Source: an uncultured virus (IMG/VR IMGVR_UViG_3300030108_000125) (Duplodnaviria; Heunggongvirae; Uroviricota; Caudoviricetes). Taken from it: 64,000 bases of DNA. Each line of letters starts with the position of its first letter. Position 1 is the stretch's first letter. Shown here one piece after another: positions 26,772 through 36,383 of this stretch. The position numbers and the translations under genes were made by a program. The notes under the pieces are model-generated. The model searched no databases. It had not been told where the DNA came from and worked only from the letters and a program-made list of their open reading frames with translations. The DNA lies in the IMG/VR virus record IMGVR_UViG_3300030108_000125, positions 1 through 64,000 of that record; one strand, written 5' to 3'.

Positions 26772-27326
26772 ATGGCTCGTAATAAGAAAACTAAAGAAGA
26801 AAAAATTTGGGCATACAAAGTTAAACATCCAGAAGCATCAAGCTCAGAAATAGCAAAGGCTACCAAAACATCTTATGGCTACGTGTGGAAACTGATGAAA
26901 AAGGTCGGCACCCCAAAAGAAGTTTTAGAGGATGACACCGACTACGAAGCGGAAGCGCACGCACTTGCAGCGGAAGAAGCGGAGCGTGAGGCTAGCGGTA
27001 CGGCAGCGGATTGGGATTTTGAATTAGAGGGCGATGTTCCACGTGAAACAGTTTCGCGCCAGAAGATATTGGATGAGGCACTAAAGAAAATAGAAGGTGA
27101 ACGCCACGAAGAATACGGCGATGCAGCAGAAAACTTTGATCGCATCGCAGGGTATTGGAACGCTCACCTTGGTTTAAATAATTTCATTACACCTCGTGAC
27201 GTGGCGGCTATGATGGTTCTGCTTAAAATATCACGTCTACACGGTGACGGTCCTAAAGATGTTGACACTTATGTTGATATTTGTGGATACGCTGCAATCG
27301 GCGGCGAGATTGCGAGTAGCGATTAA
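26772..27326 (+). CDS. HTH + DUF6378-like fusion protein
   Basis: N-terminal SSSEIAKATKTSYGYVWKL helix-turn-helix; C-terminal R..EYGD..NF.RIA..W..MVLLKISR..DTYVDICGYAA. Confidence 0.7.
   Translation: MARNKKTKEEKIWAYKVKHPEASSSEIAKATKTSYGYVWKLMKKVGTPKEVLEDDTDYEAEAHALAAEEAEREASGTAADWDFELEGDVPRETVSRQKILDEALKKIEGERHEEYGDAAENFDRIAGYWNAHLGLNNFITPRDVAAMMVLLKISRLHGDGPKDVDTYVDICGYAAIGGEIASSD
27035..27050. promoter_or_regulatory. parS: Chromosomal-type parS site
   Basis: TGTTCCACGTGAAACA, exact match to the TGTTNCACGTGAAACA consensus. Confidence 0.75.
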
Positions 27327-29158
27327 TGAAATTAATCACGCTCGACTTTGAAACATTTTACGACAGGGGTTACTCCCTGTCTAAAATTACTACTGAAAAT
27401 TATATACGCCACCGAGACTTTGAAGTTATTGGCGTTGCGATAAAAGAAGGCGCAGAAGAGACCCACTGGATTAGCGGCACGCACGAACAAATAGGTGAGT
27501 ACCTAACACGTTATGATTGGGAAAACAGCATGCTGCTGGCACACAACACCATGTTCGATGGTGCGATACTCAACTGGCAGTTTGGCATAACTCCTAAGAT
27601 ATACGCTGACACATTATGTATGGCACGCGCTTTGCATGGTGTTGAGAGTAGCGTGTCGCTCGCAAACTTGGCAAAGGCTTACGGCCTACAGAACAAGGGT
27701 GATGAAGTTACACGTGTTATGGGTAAGCGTAGAGGAGACTTTACAGATGAGGAGCTAGGCACCTACGGGGATTATTGTGTGCTGGACGTAGACATAACAC
27801 ATGACCTGTTTATGAAAATGATCCGCGCATTTCCGCCAAGAGAACTAAAGCTGATAGACTTGACGCTTCGCATGTTTGTTGAACCAACGGTGGATTTGGA
27901 TGACGGTCTCCTTGAGTTGCACCTAGCCGAAGTTAAAGATCGTAAAGACACGTTACTTGCCAAGGCAAACGTAACGAGAGATGATCTAATGTCGAATGCA
28001 AAGTTTGCGGTTCTGCTACAGAAGTTAGGTGTAAAGCCGCCTACAAAAACAAGTCCTCGAACCCAGAAGGTTACTTTTGCATTTGCAAAATCTGATGAAG
28101 AGTTCTTGGCACTGCGAGAACATGAAGATGATCGTGTGCAAGCTCTGGTCGCTGCTAGGTTGGGTACCAAAAGTACCCTAGAAGAAACAAGGACACAGCG
28201 GTTCATAAACATATCCCGCCGTGGACTTCTACCTGTACCTGTAAGATATTATGCAGCGCATACTGGTAGGTGGGGCGGCGATGATAAGATCAACCTCCAA
28301 AACCTACCAAGCCGTGGGCCTAGTGGTAAAAAGTTAAAGAGAAGTATTATTGCACCAGCAGGACACACGTTGATTGACGCCGATAGCTCACAGATAGAGG
28401 CGCGTGTATTAGCATGGTTAGCCGAACAGAATGATTTGGTTACGCAGTTTGCCAATGGTGAAGATGTCTACAAACATATGGCTTCAAAGATTTATGATGT
28501 AGAGCCAGACGAAGTTGATAAAGACCAGAGGTTCGTAGGTAAAACCACTATCCTTGGTGCAGGGTATGGCATGGGGTCCATAAAATTCCAAAACCAGATG
28601 AGTAATTTTGGGTACGATATTTGTAAAGATGAAGCACGTAACATAGTAGATATATACCGCACCACAAATCACAAAATTAAAACCCTTTGGAAGGTTGCCC
28701 AAGAGACAATAAAAAATTTACATAACAATAAGTCTACGGAATTGGGGCGTAGGGGCGTTCTCAAAGTAGATGTAGACAAGCAAGCAATAATATTACCGTC
28801 TGGCTTGCCAATGTATTACCACGACCTTGAAGTTACAAAAGATAAGGATGGGGGTAATCTTCAATACCACTATAAAACACGTAGGGGCATGGTGAAAATA
28901 TATGGCGGTAAAGTTGTGGAGAATGTATGTCAAGGAATTGCGCGGTGCATCATAGGTGAACAGATGCTACGCATTGCCAAGAGGTACAAGGTTGTGCTAA
29001 CTGTACATGACAGTATTGTTAGCTGTGTAACAGATCAGGAGGTTCCAGAAGCACAAGCATACATAGAAGAGTGCATGCGATGGATACCCGATTGGGCAGA
29101 GGGTCTGCCTATTAATTGTGAGAGTGGAACAGGCAAATCATATGGAGATTGTGAGTAA
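27326..29158 (+). CDS. polA: Family A DNA polymerase with 3'-5' exonuclease
   Basis: Exo DFET/AHN..FD/Y...D; motif A DSSQIEAR, motif B RFVGKTTILGAGYG, motif C TVHDS. Confidence 0.95.
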   Translation: MKLITLDFETFYDRGYSLSKITTENYIRHRDFEVIGVAIKEGAEETHWISGTHEQIGEYLTRYDWENSMLLAHNTMFDGAILNWQFGITPKIYADTLCMARALHGVESSVSLANLAKAYGLQNKGDEVTRVMGKRRGDFTDEELGTYGDYCVLDVDITHDLFMKMIRAFPPRELKLIDLTLRMFVEPTVDLDDGLLELHLAEVKDRKDTLLAKANVTRDDLMSNAKFAVLLQKLGVKPPTKTSPRTQKVTFAFAKSDEEFLALREHEDDRVQALVAARLGTKSTLEETRTQRFINISRRGLLPVPVRYYAAHTGRWGGDDKINLQNLPSRGPSGKKLKRSIIAPAGHTLIDADSSQIEARVLAWLAEQNDLVTQFANGEDVYKHMASKIYDVEPDEVDKDQRFVGKTTILGAGYGMGSIKFQNQMSNFGYDICKDEARNIVDIYRTTNHKIKTLWKVAQETIKNLHNNKSTELGRRGVLKVDVDKQAIILPSGLPMYYHDLEVTKDKDGGNLQYHYKTRRGMVKIYGGKVVENVCQGIARCIIGEQMLRIAKRYKVVLTVHDSIVSCVTDQEVPEAQAYIEECMRWIPDWAEGLPINCESGTGKSYGDCE

Positions 29159-29472
29159 TGGATGAACGACATGAGTTTATAGCCGCAGAGATAGAACGTG
29201 CTTACGTTAATGCGGACGATGATTGGAAAAAAGAATACTACCATAACGCTGCAAGCTACTTAGCTAAAAACCGTTATGTGGAGGGTGGCAAAATTTGCGC
29301 GTTCTGTAGAGAACAAGGGATGGCTGATCCACACCACCACAATGTTTGGGGTGCGATGATCGCATCTTTGAAAAAACTAGGTTGGGTCGAGAAAATTGGT
29401 ATGGTCGAGCCTACCACGAAACACACGCATATAAACCAAGTGTGCCAGTGGGAAAGTAAATTATTCCGATGA
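29158..29472 (+). CDS. Hypothetical protein
   Basis: Coupled ORF; HHNVWGA motif. Confidence 0.7.
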   Translation: MDERHEFIAAEIERAYVNADDDWKKEYYHNAASYLAKNRYVEGGKICAFCREQGMADPHHHNVWGAMIASLKKLGWVEKIGMVEPTTKHTHINQVCQWESKLFR

Positions 29473-30149
29473 TACATAAAATAGCACCGTGGTCATTCAG
29501 CAAAATTAAATCTTTTGAGCAATGTCCTAAACAGTTTTACCATGAAAAGGTAGCGAAAGACTACCCGTTCAAACCCACGGCAGCTACTATTTACGGTAAC
29601 AAGTTTCACAAGGCCGCAGAACACTACATCAAAAATGATACACCGTTACCCGAAGAATTTAGGTTTGCGCAAAAAGGGTTGGATCGTTTAGCAGACAAAC
29701 GAGGTATTAAATTCTGTGAACGCAGGATGGGCATTACCGAAGACCTCAAACCTTGCACATTTGGCGACAAAAAAGTTTGGTTCCGTGGCATCGCTGACTT
29801 GCTTGTAGTTGACGTGCTAGGTGAAATGGCGTGGGTAGTGGATTACAAAACGTCTAGCTCATCTAGGTACGCAGACAAAGGACAGTTGGAATTAATGGCT
29901 CTTGCAACATTTGCGCACTTCCCTGAGATAAAAAAGGTACGCGCTGGTTTGGTTTTTGTGTTAGTGAATGACTTAGTAAAGCACACCTACGAAGAACATG
30001 ATAAAGCTGACTTGTGGGAGAAGTGGATTGCTAAGTATAATAATTTACGTGCCGCTGCAGACTCTGACACGTGGAACGCTAGACCTAGTGGATTATGTAG
30101 ACGGCACTGCCCTGTAGTAGAGTGCGTACATAATGGAGCAAATGCCTGA
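29469..30149 (+). CDS. PD-(D/E)XK (Cas4/RecB-like) exonuclease
   Basis: WSFS..CP..GNKFH..E..GIAD..VDYKT..QL..C..C....C. Confidence 0.85.
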   Translation: MIHKIAPWSFSKIKSFEQCPKQFYHEKVAKDYPFKPTAATIYGNKFHKAAEHYIKNDTPLPEEFRFAQKGLDRLADKRGIKFCERRMGITEDLKPCTFGDKKVWFRGIADLLVVDVLGEMAWVVDYKTSSSSRYADKGQLELMALATFAHFPEIKKVRAGLVFVLVNDLVKHTYEEHDKADLWEKWIAKYNNLRAAADSDTWNARPSGLCRRHCPVVECVHNGANA

Positions 30150-30418
30150 TGCCATATAAAAATCCAAAAGACCGTAAAAAACAAGTCAACAAGCCTGTGG
30201 GTAGTAAACCTTTTAAAGCAAGAATGGAACGCCAACGAGCCAGACGCAAAATAGACCGCGAAGGTGTAGATAAGAACAAGAACGGAAAAGCCGACAAACG
30301 TGAGGGTAAAGACGTTAGTCACAAGAAAGCATTAAGCAAAGGCGGTTCTAACAAAGACGGTGTTAAAATAGAAAGCCGCAGCAAGAACCGCGCAAGAAAT
30401 TATAAAAAGAAGAAGTAG
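30149..30418 (+). CDS. Small HNH-like protein
   Basis: DVSHKKALSKGGSN...SRSKNRARN. Confidence 0.6.
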   Translation: MPYKNPKDRKKQVNKPVGSKPFKARMERQRARRKIDREGVDKNKNGKADKREGKDVSHKKALSKGGSNKDGVKIESRSKNRARNYKKKK

Positions 30419-30426
30419 GAGAACAC

Positions 30427-31962
30427 ATGGAAATAGTGGACGGTAAAGCGTTGCTGTTAAAGCTGCGCAATCCAAACCGTGTTACCTCAGTAATACCCAG
30501 AAGCAAACAGGTTGATACAAATAGGGTGCTTGTTGATTGGGATATTGATGCGGCACACAAACTAAACAATCTAGGGGTGCGGGCACCTTCGCCTATAGAT
30601 ACTCAGTATAACTGGTCAGGCAGATACAAACCTTTTGCGCACCAGAAAAAGACATCTGCATTTTTTACCATGAACAGACGAGCCTTTTGTTTTAACGAAC
30701 AGGGTACAGGCAAAACTGCTAGTGCCGTATGGTCGGCTGATTTTTTAATGAACCAAGGTAAGATAAAGAGAGTGCTTGTCATATGCCCACTATCAATTAT
30801 GGATAGCGCATGGCGAGAAGACTTATCTACGTTTGCACCGCACCGATCTGTTGATGTTGCCTATGGCAGTGCAAAGAAACGCGCTGCTATTCTGAACCAA
30901 GGTGCCGAGTTTGTCATAATAAATTATGACGGTGTGAACATAGTGTTGGACGAAGTTCGTAACGGTGGCTTTGATTTGATTGTTGTAGACGAAGCCACGC
31001 ATTACAAAAACACGCGCACTAAAAGATGGAAAACGTTACGCAAGATAGTCACCGATAATACATGGCTCTGGATGATGACAGGTACGCCAGCGGCTCAATC
31101 TCCTTTAGATGCGTATGGCCTCGCTAAACTTATTAACCCCGATGCAGTGCCACGGTTCTATAGTTCGTTCCGCGATATGGTAATGACACAGATTACTCAG
31201 TTTAGATGGGTTCCTCGAGAAAATGCCTCAGATGTTGTGTATAACGCGTTACAGCCAGCTATACGGTACACGAAAGAAGAATGTCTCGACTTACCAGACA
31301 TGACATACACGAAAAGAAAGGTAGAATTAACCCGACAACAGACAAAATACTACGAAATGCTGCGCAAAAGACTGATTATGAAAGTGGGTGAAGACGAAGT
31401 ATCTGCCATAAACGCAGCCGCTACTATGAACAAACTACTGCAGATAAGTGCTGGTGCAGTCTACACCGATGAGGGTGATGCGCTAGAGTTTGACATAAAA
31501 AATCGTTATCAGGTTCTCAAAGAAGTTATAGATGAGACTAGCCAAAAGGTGTTGGTGTTCGTGCCGTTTAAACACACGATAGATGTATTGGTGTCGAAGC
31601 TACGGTCTGACAACTTAACAGCAGAGGTGATTCGCGGTGATGTCCCCGCGCATGTTAGAACCGATATATTTAAACGGTTCCAAACTATGCCTGACCCCAA
31701 GATATTGGTGATACAACCTCAAGCAGCAGCACATGGTGTGACTTTAACTGCTGCGAATACTGTGGTATGGTGGGGTCCGACTTCTTCACTGGAAACATAC
31801 TCGCAAGCAAATGCAAGGGTGCACAGATCGGGACAAAAGCACCCCTGTACGGTTGTACAGTTACAAGGATCGGCTGTCGAAAAGCGTGTGTACGCACTAC
31901 TTGATAAAAGAATAGACGTGCACACAGAAATGATAAACTTATACAAAGAACTGCTTGACTAG
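30427..31962 (+). CDS. SNF2-family helicase
   Basis: QGTGKT, VVDEAT, MTGTP, QANARVHRSGQ. Confidence 0.9.
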   Translation: MEIVDGKALLLKLRNPNRVTSVIPRSKQVDTNRVLVDWDIDAAHKLNNLGVRAPSPIDTQYNWSGRYKPFAHQKKTSAFFTMNRRAFCFNEQGTGKTASAVWSADFLMNQGKIKRVLVICPLSIMDSAWREDLSTFAPHRSVDVAYGSAKKRAAILNQGAEFVIINYDGVNIVLDEVRNGGFDLIVVDEATHYKNTRTKRWKTLRKIVTDNTWLWMMTGTPAAQSPLDAYGLAKLINPDAVPRFYSSFRDMVMTQITQFRWVPRENASDVVYNALQPAIRYTKEECLDLPDMTYTKRKVELTRQQTKYYEMLRKRLIMKVGEDEVSAINAAATMNKLLQISAGAVYTDEGDALEFDIKNRYQVLKEVIDETSQKVLVFVPFKHTIDVLVSKLRSDNLTAEVIRGDVPAHVRTDIFKRFQTMPDPKILVIQPQAAAHGVTLTAANTVVWWGPTSSLETYSQANARVHRSGQKHPCTVVQLQGSAVEKRVYALLDKRIDVHTEMINLYKELLD

Positions 31963-32009
31963 AGCAGCATACATAACTAAATAATACTTTGTACAAGGAG
32001 GAGATGACT

Positions 32010-32411
32010 ATGGGTGACTATTCAAATGCACCTGCCGATAAAATGACAAGAGCGTATCTAAAAATACGTAACAAACGTGCAGAATTAAAAGCGGCATTTA
32101 CAAAAGAAGATGATGAGTTGGCACGTCAACTCGACACTTTAAAACGCGCACTTCTTAGCTATTGTGATCGTAACAAAGTTGAGAGTGTTAGAACCGATGA
32201 GGGGTTATTCTTTCGGTCACAACGCACCAAGTATTGGACAAGCGATTGGGATGCTATGCACAAGTTTGTAATAGAACACGCTGTGCCTGAGTTGTTTGAT
32301 AAAAGATTAAATCAGACAAACATGAAGCAATTTTTGGAGGAGAACCCTGAGTTACAACCTGAAGGCTTAAAGATTGACAACGAGTATGTCATATCAGTTA
32401 GGAAGAAATAA
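32010..32411 (+). CDS. Replication-module hypothetical protein (coiled-coil N-terminus)
   Basis: AGGAGGAG RBS; precedes HTH and SSB genes. Confidence 0.7.
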   Translation: MGDYSNAPADKMTRAYLKIRNKRAELKAAFTKEDDELARQLDTLKRALLSYCDRNKVESVRTDEGLFFRSQRTKYWTSDWDAMHKFVIEHAVPELFDKRLNQTNMKQFLEENPELQPEGLKIDNEYVISVRKK

Positions 32412-32662
32412 TGACGGCACCATTCGTCCCAATAGAAGATTTAGCTAGCCACTTAGCTGTATCAATATCCACCGTAAGAGGGTGGGTTCGTCAGGGTCAC
32501 ATACCTGATGATACTTATTTAAAGATCAACAACGTATATCGTTTTGACAAAGAGGCTGTGTCTAAGGCGTTGTTGAAAAGAACCAGCCCACCACCTGTGC
32601 GATACACATCGCATGACAACACACAGTACGAGGAAGATTTAGACCTCGACAGAGACATATAG
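32411..32662 (+). CDS. Excisionase-like HTH DNA-binding protein
   Basis: IEDLASHLAVSISTVRGWVRQGHIP..KINNVYRF. Confidence 0.8.
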   Translation: MTAPFVPIEDLASHLAVSISTVRGWVRQGHIPDDTYLKINNVYRFDKEAVSKALLKRTSPPPVRYTSHDNTQYEEDLDLDRDI

Positions 32663-32671
32663 GAGAACAGT

Positions 32672-33361
32672 ATGGCAGACGCGTATAAGATAATGGGTGC
32701 AGAAGCACTATGGCCCAAGTTGGATAGAACTTATCACTTTGATAAAAAACTTAATCAAAGTGTGCCTTGTGATCCGATGGCACCAAATGCTGAATATTCC
32801 CTCGAATTGAAGATGGATAGCGAGACAGCTAGGCAGTTATATGTAGCTATGGTAACCGCTTATAAGAAAGACAAACAAAAAGGTTGGCCTGATGCACCGT
32901 CCAACCCAATGACAAAACACGATGATGGTACACGCACCGTCAAGTGCACACTAAAAGGCCAGTACAACGGATCAGTTACACGCAAGCCTTTACAAGTTGA
33001 TTCGAGAAACAATCCTATGCCGGATGATTTTCAGCTTACTACAGGCAGCATTGTAAACGTAGGTGTAACATTTTATCCCTATAAATACATGTCTAACGAG
33101 CCGAGCGTGTCACTTCGCTTACGTCAGTTGCAGGTTGTGCAGCTTGCAGATCGCACTATTCGCAGCATGTTCGATGTTGTTGATGATGGCTATGTTCACA
33201 ATGAAGAGAGCATGTTTTCTAGTAACGTAGTAGATATGCCACAGAAAGAAGAGGTTTCTGAACCAGAGCCAGAACCAGTTAAAACTACAAGCAAGAAGGC
33301 TGCATCTGGTGGTTCTACTGGTAGTTCATTGGATGACATTTTAGATAACTGGGACGACTAG
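32672..33361 (+). CDS. Single-stranded DNA-binding protein (T7 gp2.5-like)
   Basis: GSIVNV..VSLRLRQLQVVQL OB-fold pattern; acidic tail DDILDNWDD. Confidence 0.7.
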   Translation: MADAYKIMGAEALWPKLDRTYHFDKKLNQSVPCDPMAPNAEYSLELKMDSETARQLYVAMVTAYKKDKQKGWPDAPSNPMTKHDDGTRTVKCTLKGQYNGSVTRKPLQVDSRNNPMPDDFQLTTGSIVNVGVTFYPYKYMSNEPSVSLRLRQLQVVQLADRTIRSMFDVVDDGYVHNEESMFSSNVVDMPQKEEVSEPEPEPVKTTSKKAASGGSTGSSLDDILDNWDD

Positions 33362-33369
33362 TTAACATA

Positions 33370-33398
33370 GCGCGGTCTAACAAGGCCGCGCATTTTTT
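33370..33398 (+). terminator. Rho-independent terminator
   Basis: GCGCGGTCT-AACA-AGGCCGCGC + ATTTTTT. Confidence 0.75.
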
Positions 33399-33408
33399 CT
33401 AACAGTGG

Positions 33409-36177
33409 ATGAGAACAATGAACACCCAAGACTTTTTGGGTTCTGTGTTAAGTGACGAAGGGTATTACTGCATAACCATAATCAAAGGGGATTATGTTAA
33501 AAACAACTTTTACGAAACATTAGACGAGGCAATAGAGCAAGCTAATAATTTTAACGCCTCAGAGTATAATGTTTACTTCGCTTTAAGTACCTTCATAGAG
33601 CCGATTAACCGCAAGCAAATAAATGTCCAAGGAGTAAAATCTTTCTTCTTTGATTTGGACTGTGGTCCACTAAAAGATTTTACATCGCAAGACGAAGCGT
33701 TAAAAAAATTAAACTGGTTTTGCAAAAATAACCGATTACCCAGACCAACTATAATTAATTCTGGTAACGGGTTACATGTATACTGGCCTCTAGCTGCAGC
33801 AGTTGATGAAGCTACATGGTATCCAGTTGCAGAGAGCCTCAAGCAGTTATGCGCCAAACAAAACTTTCCTGCTGACCCGTCCCGTACATCTGATGCGTCT
33901 AGTATATTACGTGTACCTAATACACATAATTATAAAGAGGATGAGCCTAAACCCGTATTTTTATTAGGCGGCTATCTTGCGAAACCCATAGAGTTTTCCA
34001 AGTTTGAAGATAGTGTTGGTGGTGCGATACCAGTTCCTTATAGGTTTAAACCCAGTGCGTATAAGGATGCACTCAATGCACAAAGCACAGGTAGTTTTAA
34101 ACGGCTAATGGAGAAGACCAAAAACGGTCAAGGGTGCCAGCAAATAGAATATATTATAGAGAACCAAGCCACTGTGTCTTATGACATGTGGAGAGCGGGT
34201 CTTTCTATCGCTAAGGTGTGTGAAGATGGAGACAAGGCAGCGGAAGCCATGTCCAAACACCATCCAGATTACAGTTTTGACGAGACAATTCGAAAAATGA
34301 TGGACACAGGGGGGCCACAATACTGTAGTACCTTTGCTACGCACAATCCTGATGGCTGTGCAGGCTGTCCTAACATGTTAACTATAAGTACCCCAGCACA
34401 ACTTACAAAAATAGTACAAGAAGCCAAACCAGATGCTAATGTGCCAGATTACCCAGCACCATACATACGTGGTAAAAACGGCGGTGTGTATATGCGCACC
34501 AAAGATGAAGAGGGTAACCCAAAAGAAGAACTTATTTATCTAAACGATTTTTACGCTACTCATAGAATGCAAGACCCAGAAGAAGGCGAAGTTATTGCAT
34601 TTGCATTACATTTACCTAAAGATGGGATAAGAAGATTTAATGTGCCTTTAGGCTCTTTGACATCACGTGAGGAACTAAGAAAGGCATTATCTTATAAAGG
34701 TGTAACTTCTTATGGAGACGAGCTTAGTAGGATTATGAAATACATACAGGCATGGGTAAACGAGTTACAGCAAACAAATGCAGCCGACATCGCTTACACG
34801 CAATTTGGTTGGACAGACGATGAAAAGATGGACGCATTTGTTTGGGGTGACAGGTTAGTATTAGAAGACGAGGTAAGGTATAACCCGCCTTCTGCTAAAA
34901 CATCTTCTTTTATAGAATACATGCAACCCACTGGTAGCGCAGAACGCCAGAAAGAAATCATGGAATTTTTTAATAGAGATGGCCTTGAGTTGCACCAATT
35001 CTCAATCTGCATGGGGTTTGCCTCTCCTCTTATGGCCTTCACAGGCCTGTTCAGTTTTCTAGCGCATCTCAATGGTGGGTCAGGCGTGGGTAAAACTACA
35101 GCTTTATATGCCAACACAGGTATATGGGGTGATCCTGTAGGTATGTGCGTAGGGTCAAACGACACGTTATACTCTAGACAGAACAGATCAGAGCGTTTGA
35201 AAAACATATCGTGCAACGCTGACGAACAGTCGGAGATGACCCCGAAGGACGTATCCAGATTTTGTTACACACAAGCGGAAGGTAAACAACGTAATAGGTT
35301 AAAGAGTAGTGGTAACGAAGAGCGTTACAGGGGTGCGCCTTGGAGACAGACAGGTTTGTCTACAGGAAATATAAGTTTTTGGGAGTTCCTGCAAAAAGAA
35401 CGCGGTAACCCCGAAGCACAGATGCAGCGCGTGTTAGAATTTGATGTGGTTAAATACATTACCAAAGATCGCTTTGCGCAGATGCGACAGGAGGAAGGTT
35501 TCTCTTTAGCAGAAACATCTAACCTATTTAAGGACGTGCAGGTAAACTACTGTAACTTTACGATAGAGTATCTTCAATATGTTATGAAAAACCGCGCTCA
35601 AATAGAAAGTATTTATAACGGTGTCAAAGCAAGATTAGATAAAGAAGCAGACCTTACCCCTGTAAATAGGTTTTGGTCTGCTGGCTGTGCTTGCACCATA
35701 ACAGGCTGCATTGTAGCGAAGCAGTTAGGTATAATAAATTATGACCACAAGAAATTATTTAAGTGGGTAGTAAAAGAACTAATACGCGCAAAAGAAGAAG
35801 TGGAAGGCGCTAAACCTAATGTATCGAACATAATAGCAGAGTTTGCTGGAGCGCATTGGGGCAACATACTAAAGATAAAAAGCACAGAAGATGCTAGAGA
35901 AGAAGACTTGATAGTCCCAGAGCAGAACCCCCGCACCAAAATTATAGGGCGATATGAAACAGACACGAAACTTCTGTTTATTCCTACTAAGGAACTAAAA
36001 GATTATCTAGTAGATAGGTTCATACATTATGCCTCAACAGTAAAAATGTTAAAAGATGAAATGGGGGCCGTCACTAAAAGTGTTCGTTTAACAACAGGCA
36101 CCAGCTTACGCCTGCCTTCACAATACTGCATAGTTGTTAAGATGGATGGGTTAGATGATACCATTGAGGCTGGATGA
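33409..36177 (+). CDS. Primase-helicase (AEP/RepB-like primase + DUF927-like NTPase)
   Basis: FFDLDC, NSGNGLHVYW, ILRVPNTHNYK; Cys cluster; Walker A GGSGVGKT, Walker B NADE. Confidence 0.85.
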   Translation: MRTMNTQDFLGSVLSDEGYYCITIIKGDYVKNNFYETLDEAIEQANNFNASEYNVYFALSTFIEPINRKQINVQGVKSFFFDLDCGPLKDFTSQDEALKKLNWFCKNNRLPRPTIINSGNGLHVYWPLAAAVDEATWYPVAESLKQLCAKQNFPADPSRTSDASSILRVPNTHNYKEDEPKPVFLLGGYLAKPIEFSKFEDSVGGAIPVPYRFKPSAYKDALNAQSTGSFKRLMEKTKNGQGCQQIEYIIENQATVSYDMWRAGLSIAKVCEDGDKAAEAMSKHHPDYSFDETIRKMMDTGGPQYCSTFATHNPDGCAGCPNMLTISTPAQLTKIVQEAKPDANVPDYPAPYIRGKNGGVYMRTKDEEGNPKEELIYLNDFYATHRMQDPEEGEVIAFALHLPKDGIRRFNVPLGSLTSREELRKALSYKGVTSYGDELSRIMKYIQAWVNELQQTNAADIAYTQFGWTDDEKMDAFVWGDRLVLEDEVRYNPPSAKTSSFIEYMQPTGSAERQKEIMEFFNRDGLELHQFSICMGFASPLMAFTGLFSFLAHLNGGSGVGKTTALYANTGIWGDPVGMCVGSNDTLYSRQNRSERLKNISCNADEQSEMTPKDVSRFCYTQAEGKQRNRLKSSGNEERYRGAPWRQTGLSTGNISFWEFLQKERGNPEAQMQRVLEFDVVKYITKDRFAQMRQEEGFSLAETSNLFKDVQVNYCNFTIEYLQYVMKNRAQIESIYNGVKARLDKEADLTPVNRFWSAGCACTITGCIVAKQLGIINYDHKKLFKWVVKELIRAKEEVEGAKPNVSNIIAEFAGAHWGNILKIKSTEDAREEDLIVPEQNPRTKIIGRYETDTKLLFIPTKELKDYLVDRFIHYASTVKMLKDEMGAVTKSVRLTTGTSLRLPSQYCIVVKMDGLDDTIEAG

Positions 36178-36376
36178 TCTAAACCCTGACGGAGTGCATA
36201 TTACAGTAAACTGGAACAAATTGGTGGTTGGAGCCTCTGTGTTCATACCCTGCATCAATACCGAAAAGGCTAGGGAGCAACTCAAACGTGTGGCCCAGAT
36301 GAAACAATATGAGACAACTACGCACATATGTATAGAAAATGGCATGTGGGGGGTTCGCATGTGGAGATTGTTATGA
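36155..36376 (+). CDS. Hypothetical protein
   Basis: VGASVFIPC..GVRMWR; last early gene. Confidence 0.7.
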   Translation: MIPLRLDDLNPDGVHITVNWNKLVVGASVFIPCINTEKAREQLKRVAQMKQYETTTHICIENGMWGVRMWRLL

Positions 36377-36383
36377 TATGTGG

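Noticed and set aside
29469..30149. Cas4-like nuclease as evidence of CRISPR-Cas
   Set aside because: Ordinary stand-alone PD-(D/E)XK exonuclease in a replication module
32411..32662. Excisionase implying integration
   Set aside because: No integrase or att site seen; such HTH genes are common in replication modules
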